This document shows, in pieces, positions 8,768-18,100 of a stretch of DNA of 18,977 nt (position 1 is the first letter of the stretch; every line of letters begins with the position of its first letter). Below the pieces are notes generated by a model. The model did not search any database, had not been told where the DNA came from, and saw only the letters and a program-made list of their open reading frames with translations. A program made the translations under genes and the position numbers. This stretch comes from an uncultured Fibrobacterales bacterium (lineage in GTDB: Bacteria; Fibrobacterota; Fibrobacteria; Fibrobacterales; CAWVXU01), in NCBI GenBank assembly GCA_963934255.1, contig CAWVXU010000052.1, positions 1 to 18,977 of the forward strand. Direction: 5' to 3'.

Positions 8768-9808
8768 ATGATTCATGTTGAAGATTGGACAGACAAGAGG
8801 GTTCTCATTACTGGAGTCTGCGGGACTGTCGGCGGGGAATTATACCGCCAACTCAAAGCTGTAGGACCCAAAAGTATTATTGGGGTTGATAATAACGAGA
8901 GCGAACTCTTCTTTTTATCTGAAGATGCACGGGGTGACGAGAACGTACACTTCTTTTTGGGGGATGTTCGAGACTCAGATGCCATGAACCGCTATATGCG
9001 CGGAGTTGACATTGTTTTACATACTGCTGCCCTGAAACACGTTTTTTTATGCGAAGAAGCTCCACGAGAGTCTGTTCAGACTAATATCATGGGTGTTCAA
9101 AACATTGTAGATGCCGCCACTCTTAATGATGTTGAACGCGTTATTTTCACCTCTTCAGATAAGGCTGTGAACCCTACCAATGTCATGGGGACGTCAAAGC
9201 TCATGGGTGAAAGACTTATGACTGCAGCCAACTCTATGGGAAACAAAAAAGGACCGATTTTCTCTTCTACCCGATTTGGAAATGTTTTGGGTTCACGGGG
9301 CTCGGTAATTCCACTTTTCGTTAAGCAGATTCAAGAAAAAGGCCGTATCACTCTTACGCACGAGGAAATGACTCGTTTTATCATGTCATTAGAAGAAGCT
9401 GTCTCTCTTGTGATGGATTCGGTTTTTATGGCCAAAGGTGGCGAAGTCTTTGTTACCAAGATGCCTGTTCTGAGAATCCTTGACCTCGCTCATGCGATGA
9501 TTGATATTTTAGCGCCTCGCTTTGGACTCAATGTCGAGGATGTTAAAATTGACGTTGTCGGAGTGAAGCCTGGTGAAAAATTATACGAAGAACTGATGAA
9601 TCAAGAAGAGGTTCGAAGAACTATGGAGCTTGACCAATACTTTGTAGTGACTCCTGCTTTTCAGGCTCTTTATAGAAGTGTAGATTATTCTTATCCGGAA
9701 GAAAATGAATATCCTCCCATTCAAGAGCCTTATAATTCTTCCAATCACAAACTCATGACCCAAGAAGAAATCAAAAACTTTCTTCTTGAAAACAAACTTT
9801 TGGACTAG
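8768..9808 (+). CDS. Soluble UDP-N-acetylhexosamine 4,6-dehydratase family SDR (Polysacc_synt_2; CapD/PglF/FnlA-like, MxxxK type)
   Basis: ITGVCGTVG, GDVRD, HTAALKHV, FTSSDKAVNPTNVMGTSKL, TRFGNVLGSRGSVIPLF, MTRFIM, GVKPGEKLYEEL. No N-terminal TM region. GGGGAAGG RBS. Confidence 0.88.
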   Translation: MIHVEDWTDKRVLITGVCGTVGGELYRQLKAVGPKSIIGVDNNESELFFLSEDARGDENVHFFLGDVRDSDAMNRYMRGVDIVLHTAALKHVFLCEEAPRESVQTNIMGVQNIVDAATLNDVERVIFTSSDKAVNPTNVMGTSKLMGERLMTAANSMGNKKGPIFSSTRFGNVLGSRGSVIPLFVKQIQEKGRITLTHEEMTRFIMSLEEAVSLVMDSVFMAKGGEVFVTKMPVLRILDLAHAMIDILAPRFGLNVEDVKIDVVGVKPGEKLYEELMNQEEVRRTMELDQYFVVTPAFQALYRSVDYSYPEENEYPPIQEPYNSSNHKLMTQEEIKNFLLENKLLD

Positions 9809-9816
9809 GAGTCATT

Positions 9817-10971
9817 ATGAGAGTTTTAATTTTAGGCGGTGATGGCTATTTGGGTTGGCCAACTGCTATGCACATGGCAAAACTTGGCCACGATGTCATG
9901 GTGGTAGATAATTATCTGCGCCGAAATATTGCACGGGATACTTCTTCTGAAGCTCTGATGGCTACACCCAATTTAGATAAACGCGCTGAAATTTTCGCTG
10001 CCGAAATGGGTTACACTATCCAGGTAGAAATTGGTGATTGTTGCGACATGCGTTTTATGGAAAGAATCTTCAAAGACTTCCAGCCTGAATCATTGATTCA
10101 CTATGCAGAACAACCTTCAGCGCCTTATTCTATGATGGGATATAAGGAAGCTTCTCTTACTTTTGATAACAACCTTAAAGCTACTTTTAATGTTATCTGG
10201 GCTGTTACTGAATTTGCACCAAAATGTCATATTGTAAAACTTGGCACTATGGGTGAGTATGGTTGCCCTAATATTGATATTGAAGAAGGTTGGATCGACA
10301 TTGAACACAAAGGTCGTTCTCAAAAATTCCTTTACCCTCGCCAAGCTGGATCATTATATCACACTACCAAAGTTTTAGATACCGACCTGCTTTGGTTTTA
10401 TGTTCGCACTTATGGTCTTGCGGTGACAGATTTGATGCAAGGACCTGTCTATGGTTTTGTCACTCCCGAAACTCAAATCAACGACGCACTATTGCCCAAC
10501 TTTCACTACGATGATATCTTTGGTACATTAGTGAATCGTTTCTTGGTTCAAGCTGTTGCTGGTGTTCCTCTTACTGTTTATGGACAAGGAGGTCAAACTC
10601 GGGGGTACCTGAATTTGAATGATACACTTCAGTGTGTTCAACTTGCTGTTGAAAAACCAACAGTGGCGGGTGACCTACGTATACTCAATCAATTTACCGA
10701 AACATTCTCCGTCAATGACTTCGCAGATAGAGTTGTTTCTGTAGGGAATCAAATGGGCCTAGGTGTTGAGAAAAAGTCTATTATTAATCCAAGAAAAGAA
10801 CCCGAGGATCATTACTATAACCCAGCACATAGTGGGCTTGTAGATTTGGGTCTCAAACCAACTCTTCTCACAGATGACATCTTAGGTGAAATGTTGACTA
10901 AGGTTGTCGAGTACAAACACTTGATTCAAAAAGACATGATTTTGCCGCGTGTTCGTTGGGATGATAAATAA
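9817..10971 (+). CDS. sqdB: UDP-sulfoquinovose synthase (SqdB/SQD1/Agl3 family)
   Basis: VLILGGDGYLGWPTA, HYAEQPSAPYSM, HIVKLGTMGEYG, PNIDIEEG, GSLYHTTK, TDLMQGPVYG, YDDIFGTLVNRF, PLTVYGQGGQTRGY, NQFTETFSV, NPRKE..HYYN. AGGAG RBS 8 nt after the upstream gene. Confidence 0.9.
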   Translation: MRVLILGGDGYLGWPTAMHMAKLGHDVMVVDNYLRRNIARDTSSEALMATPNLDKRAEIFAAEMGYTIQVEIGDCCDMRFMERIFKDFQPESLIHYAEQPSAPYSMMGYKEASLTFDNNLKATFNVIWAVTEFAPKCHIVKLGTMGEYGCPNIDIEEGWIDIEHKGRSQKFLYPRQAGSLYHTTKVLDTDLLWFYVRTYGLAVTDLMQGPVYGFVTPETQINDALLPNFHYDDIFGTLVNRFLVQAVAGVPLTVYGQGGQTRGYLNLNDTLQCVQLAVEKPTVAGDLRILNQFTETFSVNDFADRVVSVGNQMGLGVEKKSIINPRKEPEDHYYNPAHSGLVDLGLKPTLLTDDILGEMLTKVVEYKHLIQKDMILPRVRWDDK

Positions 10972-10995
10972 TATTTTTCACTTTTGGGTGAAAAC

Positions 10996-11032
10996 AAAAA
11001 AGGCTGAGTTCAAGTTGAACTCAGCCTTTTTT
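10996..11032. terminator. Bidirectional rho-independent terminator
   Basis: Perfect 18-bp inverted repeat AAAAAAGGCTGAGTTCAA-G-TTGAACTCAGCCTTTTTT with A6/T6 ends, between the convergent sqdB and 1373-aa genes. Confidence 0.92.
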
Positions 11033-11070
11033 ATTTTCAAATTAAGATTTTTTATTGGCAAACTTATGAA

Positions 11071-14000
11071 CTAGCCCGCCGTAGAGGGTAACTTTTGAAA
11101 TTGAGGATTCAAACTTTCAAATCTACTTTTAATTTGTTCCATCAAATGAATCACATCTTGTCTAGAATTCTTAGGGGCACGTTGATAAATCGCCACAGCT
11201 TCAGAATCTAAATAGTCAGCAGGCAAATGACAGCCCGTACTTAAATCAAATACTTTTTCACGGGAAGTAACATCAAAATTCTTATACCACCAGGGGTGAA
11301 GATTGTAAAGATCTGTTTTGGAGCGACGATTATTTTCAGGTTTTAAACCCCAGCGGTTTTCTTTAATTCTATACATAAATTCAACTTCTGAGGTTACTAC
11401 ACCTTGCCAACCGCGCTCACCTGCTTTAATCCAAAACTCCCAATCTTCACGGGTAAACATTTCACTATAACCATTGATATCATCATACATGGACTTCCTG
11501 TAGATCGCTGAAACTGGAGCCAGACAGACTGTCAACATATTGATAAAATCTTGTTTGAAATTATATTGAAGTTGGTTGACTGTAGGCCCGAATTGTAAAG
11601 TGTATGGAGTTATCCAGCCCACATCAGGATTATCAGCAAAGGTTTTAACCGCTGTCTCCAAATAGGTACTAGCAATTTGATCATCTGAATCAAGTATGCA
11701 AATGTACTCACCACGACAGGATTCAACTCCACGATTTCTCGTGTACGTCTTGCCTTTATTTTCATGTGTCAAAAGGGTAATCTTGTGATTAGGATACTGA
11801 GCTATTAGCTTTTTAGTGACTTCATAGGAGTCATCTGTAGACCCATCATTAACAATGATTAATTCCCAATTACTATAGTTCTGATTGATCACACTTGTAA
11901 TGGTATCTTCCATGTAGATACCTTGGTTGTATAGGGGAACTATGATGCTGACTAGTGGCGTCTGTTGGAAATTATGACGAGGCGGGACTTTTTCTACAAG
12001 AAGTTTTCTATAAAGATGAGCGACATTTTTGGATTGGCCTACGAGCGAAAAGAAACTAAGACAAAGGCTTCTTGCCTCCATGACATTTCCTTGAATTAAC
12101 TTAAGCAATGCTAATGTATAAAAGTGATATTCAAATAAATTGAGATTGGCAACCTTTTGAGTTTGCTTGACTTCATTCATCAATTCAGATACTCGGCCTA
12201 AATGATGATCTAATTCCTTAGCCAATTCTACTGATGAAAAGGGGTTGGACTTCACAAAACGTTCAATGTATTTCCACTTTACTTCAGAACTTTCTAAGAA
12301 GGTTCCTTCTTGGTTTTGATGTTCTAAGTTATTGTCGTGAGTAAGATATAAGCCAAGCTCTTCAGCGACATGATAGAGAGGGTACTTCTCTGCAATTCTT
12401 AACCAAAAATCATAATCACCTACCACAGTGTATTTGTCACTATAATAACCAATATCATCGTGAATACTCGCACGCCACATTGGTTGAGGGCCCACTTCAC
12501 ATTTTCGAAGTAGATTCATGTAACTATAGGGTAACCACTCATGCTTACGCAAGATATTTGCATCTTCGAATTTGCAATCTACATTATCTGTAATGATAGA
12601 ATTTCCGTATGAAACGGCACATTCAGGATGGTTATCTAATGCAGTTGCAAGTACTTCAAGACAATCAAACCGATGACGATCATCAGTATTTGCATTGGTG
12701 ATGTATTGACCTTGTGCTAATTTAATCCCACGATTCCATGCTGTGTAGAGCTTTTCACGATGAGTGTGAATATAGGTGATATTGTCATATTTTTCTAAAA
12801 ATTCACGAACTATGGCATCTTCATTTTCTGGTGAACCTGAATTGATGACCATAATTTCAATGTCTTGAGCAATGGATTGAGCTTCTAAGTCTTCTAGGCA
12901 TCCTCTGATGAATTTTTCTGAGGCATAGGTGGAGACTAGAGCTGTGACTTTGTAGTTTTTGCGGATAGCACGTTGGATGAGGCCTTCGATGTCTTGATGT
13001 TCAATATCAGTATTCACGAAAGAAGGTTGAGAGTGAATCGTGTATTGGGATTCCAGTGTTTTTAATCGTTCTGCTATATCCTCAAATAAAGGATCTATTG
13101 TATAAATCTCTCTTAAGAATTCTATTTCATAGCTTGGTAATTGCAATTCTTTTGACAAATTAGACTTTCCCAATAATTCAAATATTTGACGTTTAGAATT
13201 TGGGCTAATAACCTCTATAGCTCCAGCTTTTATAGGCGAAACCTTTTCACCTTGTAACTGACTCAATAAGAGTTGAATATCCTGTCGATGTGGTGAAATG
13301 TCAAGAGCACCTTTCAATAAATCTATGCTGCTTTGAGATTTACCCAATTGATTAAAAACTTGAGCCAGTAAGACATAAGCATCAATATGATCCACCTCAG
13401 ATCGGACAACCTTCATTAATGCCTGGTGAGCTTCACCATATTGCCCCAAGTGATACATTCTCTCAATATCTGTCAGGTCGGCCACATTTCCATTTTCCAA
13501 TTGAATAGAAGTTGGAGAGTCATTTGTTTTAATAATAGACTTAGGATTTATTTGGATTTGATGTTTTTTGTTAACAACACTTCCTTGAATTTGCTTTCCT
13601 AATTCAATGGCTTGATGATATTTTGGGTGTAATTTAAGTGCATATTCAAGTAAACTTAATGCTTGGATTTTATTAGACTTTTCAAATTCAACTCTAGCCC
13701 TAAGGTAATAGACCTCTGCAAAATAAGGCCAGATTTGGTCTAATTTATCCAAAGCTTTAGAGACTCGCCCATAATCCATCAATTGAAGAAATACTTGTGC
13801 CTCCAATAATTTCAGTTCAATATGTTCAGGCCATTGCTTAAGATAATTTTCTAGTTGACTTTGGACTTGACCAGCATTACCATCTTTAACTAAAGTTTTT
13901 AGTTTAAATATTTCACTTCCCAATTCAACCAAATTCAATGTCATGGGTTCTATTGCTTTTGGCATGACGAGCTTCGTCAAATAACTTTGACACATTGCTT

Positions 14001-15192
14001 CTGAAACTGGAAATTTTAATTTTGTATTACAAGCCTTCTTCAGCAAGCTCTCCCTGTGCTCTGGACGAAAGAGTGCTTCCCAGAAATATACAATTCCATA
14101 TTGGTGACTATTTTGAGTGCTAGCAAATACAGCTTGTAAAAAATCGCTTACCAAAGGTTTTGGTAATTCAGAGATTCTTTGGTGTACTTCTAGTAACTGT
14201 GTTTGGTTTTCTTCCCAACTAAGTTGACTTGATTCAACAAAATCTTCATAGAACGGGCCTTGAATCTGTGAAACAATAAATGGAACTAGTTTTTCTAAGG
14301 TGTTATAGTCTCGTAAATTTACATCGAATTCAATTTTTTTACTTAAGAGTTCTGAAGCATAACTATAAAGCTCAACTAAATTGAGTGAATCCATCACACC
14401 ACTTGAGATAAAATCATCCCCTAATTGAGGAGTATAATTGACCCCCCTTTGAAGCGCTACTTTTGAAATAAAATTCCCCAGTGATTCAAAAAGCTCTTCT
14501 TTTTTATTTAAGCTACTTCTACTCAATAATTCTAAATCATTCAGCACAAGTGAAGCGTAAGCCTGACTTTCAACATTTGGATCAAAGTCAACATCATATA
14601 CTCTTGGTGTTGAACGTAAATTCAAATTTGTTAGCCGACCTAATGGCTCCAAAAACAGATTGCTATATGTTTCTTTGATATGTAATTCATCTTCTTCTAG
14701 GTATTGAGAGGGCAGTAACCCACCTTGATCATACAGGTTTAATAATGGATCTAAGGTTAAGATTCCATTTTCAAGACACCAAATTTTCATCTCAGAATAA
14801 AAATGCTGTGATATTTTAATAATATCTTTTGTTTGATAAGGGGGAATGTTTACATTAGTCGCCTGTTGTATACTTATAGCCCATATGAAATTTCCAAATT
14901 GATTGAGCTCAAGAAATAACTCTTTGTAACTTGCACACAATTCTTCGAACGCTTTTTCAAGTCCTAAATGTGAAGATTTTCTTAGCATATGATGAATATC
15001 ATGGTTACCCACAAAAAGCACTTTCCAGGATTGTTCTTTCTCAAATTCATCTTTAATAAGTTGTGCCCCAGGATGATTGACCTTAAACCAATCCACAATG
15101 AAAGCGCCTACCCATTTCACCTTTACTGGCTCTTGAGAACACTGAACTCCTTTTTGAAAAAGGGAAACATGACTATTACCTATGATAAGCAT
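11071..15192 (-). CDS. Multidomain protein: SGNH-like / acyl carrier (PP-binding) / unnamed domain / TPR / GT2 / GT2 (1373 aa)
   Basis: aa1-185 IIGNSHV...VGNHD...DELH; aa~230-310 DDFISSGVMDSLNLVEL...DYNTLEKLVPFI; TPR-like helices aa~430-650; GT2 from aa748 (KVTALVSTYASEKFIRGCLEDL...INSGSPENE...AWNRGI...NANTDDRH...DYDFWLR); GT2 from aa~1079 (PLVSIIVPLYNQG...IIVNDGSTDDS...RNRGV...ILDSDD...EDWEFWIK). Confidence 0.88.
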   Translation of the reverse strand: MLIIGNSHVSLFQKGVQCSQEPVKVKWVGAFIVDWFKVNHPGAQLIKDEFEKEQSWKVLFVGNHDIHHMLRKSSHLGLEKAFEELCASYKELFLELNQFGNFIWAISIQQATNVNIPPYQTKDIIKISQHFYSEMKIWCLENGILTLDPLLNLYDQGGLLPSQYLEEDELHIKETYSNLFLEPLGRLTNLNLRSTPRVYDVDFDPNVESQAYASLVLNDLELLSRSSLNKKEELFESLGNFISKVALQRGVNYTPQLGDDFISSGVMDSLNLVELYSYASELLSKKIEFDVNLRDYNTLEKLVPFIVSQIQGPFYEDFVESSQLSWEENQTQLLEVHQRISELPKPLVSDFLQAVFASTQNSHQYGIVYFWEALFRPEHRESLLKKACNTKLKFPVSEAMCQSYLTKLVMPKAIEPMTLNLVELGSEIFKLKTLVKDGNAGQVQSQLENYLKQWPEHIELKLLEAQVFLQLMDYGRVSKALDKLDQIWPYFAEVYYLRARVEFEKSNKIQALSLLEYALKLHPKYHQAIELGKQIQGSVVNKKHQIQINPKSIIKTNDSPTSIQLENGNVADLTDIERMYHLGQYGEAHQALMKVVRSEVDHIDAYVLLAQVFNQLGKSQSSIDLLKGALDISPHRQDIQLLLSQLQGEKVSPIKAGAIEVISPNSKRQIFELLGKSNLSKELQLPSYEIEFLREIYTIDPLFEDIAERLKTLESQYTIHSQPSFVNTDIEHQDIEGLIQRAIRKNYKVTALVSTYASEKFIRGCLEDLEAQSIAQDIEIMVINSGSPENEDAIVREFLEKYDNITYIHTHREKLYTAWNRGIKLAQGQYITNANTDDRHRFDCLEVLATALDNHPECAVSYGNSIITDNVDCKFEDANILRKHEWLPYSYMNLLRKCEVGPQPMWRASIHDDIGYYSDKYTVVGDYDFWLRIAEKYPLYHVAEELGLYLTHDNNLEHQNQEGTFLESSEVKWKYIERFVKSNPFSSVELAKELDHHLGRVSELMNEVKQTQKVANLNLFEYHFYTLALLKLIQGNVMEARSLCLSFFSLVGQSKNVAHLYRKLLVEKVPPRHNFQQTPLVSIIVPLYNQGIYMEDTITSVINQNYSNWELIIVNDGSTDDSYEVTKKLIAQYPNHKITLLTHENKGKTYTRNRGVESCRGEYICILDSDDQIASTYLETAVKTFADNPDVGWITPYTLQFGPTVNQLQYNFKQDFINMLTVCLAPVSAIYRKSMYDDINGYSEMFTREDWEFWIKAGERGWQGVVTSEVEFMYRIKENRWGLKPENNRRSKTDLYNLHPWWYKNFDVTSREKVFDLSTGCHLPADYLDSEAVAIYQRAPKNSRQDVIHLMEQIKSRFESLNPQFQKLPSTAG
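14263..14505 (-). other. Embedded acyl carrier (phosphopantetheine-binding) domain; predicted modified Ser269 at 14386-14388
   Basis: DD-F-xxx-G-V-M-D-S-L-xx-V-E-L motif followed about 25 aa later by DYNTLEKLVPFI, the typical helix-IV pattern. Confidence 0.8.
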
Positions 15193-18100
15193 TATGAAGC
15201 CCTTTCTTCAAATAGTTCTTTATTTCGAGCACGACTAATTTTTCCACTACTCGTTTTTACCAAGGACATATAAGGCACCACTTCTACTAATTTGGGTAAA
15301 AGTCCAATTTCCAATTCTATCGTTTGTTGTACTCGTAGTATTAATTGTGAATTGTTTGTACTTTCCTGTGGCTCCACCTGAACAATTAAATCTTGAGATC
15401 CACTGTCTTGATTCTCTACACCAAAGCATACAACTCGTCCAGGGTACACACCACTGACACTAGATGAAACATACTCCACATCCTGTGGGTAAATGTTTTT
15501 CCCATTGACAATGATTAGATCTTTTTTTCTACCGGTTATAAATAATTCATTTTCATGAATAAAACCTAAATCACCTGTTGGATAAAACCCATCTATCATT
15601 TTATCTTCATTATCTAAGAAACGATCAAAGATACAAGCACCTTGAATCAGGACTTCGCCAACACCCTGAGAGTCAGGTTCTAATATCTGCACTTTCGTGT
15701 TTTCCATTATCGTACCACAGGAAAGTAATTTGACCTTATTTAATACAACTTCCTTAGGGGCAAATCTGAGATCGGTTTGAGATACGGCATAAGTGTTTTC
15801 AGCTAGGGCATAACAAACAGATAAAGCCTGCGGTTTAACTGATCGAAAATGTTCTTTAAAAATTTGATGCGTTTCAGGTTTAGCTGGTTCCGAACAATTG
15901 ACAAACGCCCGCATAGAACTCAAATCTTTGTCGTAGCATTTCTTTGCCAAAACATGATATGCAAAATTGGGGAGGTAACACAATGTTCCTTTGTATTCAC
16001 TAATTGTGTCTATTAATATTTGAGGTTTGGCTAACCAATGAAATGCATCCATCATCATAAATGGAATACCTTTCATTAAAGGCATTAAATAGCAAGCTAT
16101 GAGTCCCATATCATGATATAATGGCAACCAACTAACCAGTCGATCATTTGGGTTTATCTCCAATAAATTTGCGTAATGATCCATATGTGAAATAATTCCA
16201 CTATGCTTGAGAAATACAGCTTTCTGCAAACCAGTAGAGCCTGAAGAAAATTGTGCTAGTGCAATATCTGAATATACTACTTTATGTACTAATTCTCCTT
16301 TAACACTTTCTTTAGTTAGCAATTTTACACCTGTATTTTGTAAGTACTCAAAAGAAGATTGATCGGTAAAAACGCAGGTTGCTTGTGTGACTTCCAAAAT
16401 ATGTGTAATTTTTCTGTGATATTCTGATTCAGATATTTTTGATGTAAAAGGGCTTAATTGTGCTGGTTGAAGCCCAGCCTTCATTGCGCCCACATATGCA
16501 CTTAATAAATCAATGTCTGTTGTTTTTACAAATAGAATCAAACTATTTAATTCACAATGAGAAGCAAATAGTTCACTATAATGCTCTACCTTAATCCAGA
16601 ATTCTTGGCGTGTATGCTTTTCCCAATTTGAATTATTCCACAATGAAACACATTCAGCTGTTGGGTCTTGAGTCACCCAATGCTCCATAACATCAGGTAC
16701 CGTTTTAAAAGTTTTATTGATTTGTTCTGAAGCCTGTTTTGTTTTTATGATATTTAACTTGGGGAATAAACTCTCGAATTCACAAAAAGGAAACATTTTG
16801 AACACTCCTGATTGAGAACAATTAAAAACCAAATGCTTGTGTATTTGACAATATTCTCGGATTTCGTGGAGTTGATTGAGTTGAACATATTTACAACGAT
16901 CTACCTCATCTTGATCTACTTTCTTTTGAAAAACAGAATTCAAATTGTTTTCATTTATGTTTTGCAATCCGACTTTTGGCACAGCTATTCCTGCATGTTC
17001 AAAGCCTAATAGGTAAATTTCTTTACATCCCAAATGAAAGGATAACATCAATGCCAGATTCATTACATTTTGACCCCAAAGCGGAGCCGGTGTAGATAAG
17101 TTGATTTTTGATTGAATTGAAAAGTTTGAATCATAACTAAAATATTTAATATTAAATTTTTTAAATTCCGTCGAGTCAACTGTTGATTTTGCATACGAAT
17201 AGGGAAATAAAAATTCTGTGTCTAAATTTTCAAATTTCTTTAGCGTCTGAAGTGTTTTTTGGTCTGCTAGAACGTTTGAGGAATCAAGAGATTTAGGATC
17301 TGCAATTATATGATAATCTGGCTGAATTAATTCTAATTCTTCTTGTTGTCCAAATTCCCCTACTGAAATAACAATCTCATCTTTTAATGCCTTTAGATTT
17401 TGCTCTGAGATCAATTCCTCTGCCCCAAGAATAAATATTCTTCTTGCTTGGTGTTTTTGAAAATCTTGCAAAATTGGAACCACAGCTTTTTGTGGTCTTG
17501 ATGATTTTGAAAAATCCTTAATTTGTTGGGTTTCCCATCTTAATGGATCAAGCTGGGTAGGGAACGGCAAAGTACCTTTCCAGATTTGACCTGCTAATGC
17601 CGGGAGGTGTTGATCTAATACTTGTGCCTTAGTCCAATACGATTGGGCTTCATTAAAATCATTAATAGATAAGTAATAATGTGCTAAGCCTATATAGAAC
17701 ACACTATGATTAGGCCATTGGTAAATCATCTGCTTACAATGGTTTTTTAATTTTTGTGGATTTGAGCGAATATACACAGCGCACAAAATTTGGCTAACCC
17801 ATAAAATATCTTTACTCTTTACCAAGTAGGGTTCTAAGAAGGTTATTTGTTCCATTTGATAATTAAATACTTGGTATTGAATTTGTTTAAAAAAAGATTT
17901 CCAATATTTGGTCCTATAATATTGGCTTTTAGAGTGTTCTTGATCTAGCGATTCTACAGTAAAATATATAGACTCATAATTCAATGGAAAAACAACATCT
18001 GTGCTTACTGAATCTAGGTACTTTTTCAAGGCCGCTTGTGGATCCTGCTTATGTAGGATTAATCCCATCCAAAAGTGAGTCAAACCACAATTAATATGCG

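Noticed and set aside
8768..9808. Calling this gene pseB/flaA1
   Set aside because: The active-site motif is MGTSK, not the YxxxK of PseB, and no other pse genes are in the window.
8096..10344. ORFs 8096-8389+, 8266-8469+, 8773-8985-, 8877-9065-, 9581-9763-, 10117-10344-
   Set aside because: Antisense to wecB, the GT remnant, the dehydratase or sqdB; no recognisable protein features.
10975..10994. Small hairpin TTTTCAC-N6-GTGAAAA after the sqdB stop
   Set aside because: Weak AT-rich stem directly before a much stronger terminator; no independent role can be supported.
14481..17009. ORFs 14481-14678+, 14989-15273+, 15247-15429-, 16812-17009+
   Set aside because: Nested in or antisense to the giant genes, whose main frames carry the conserved motifs.
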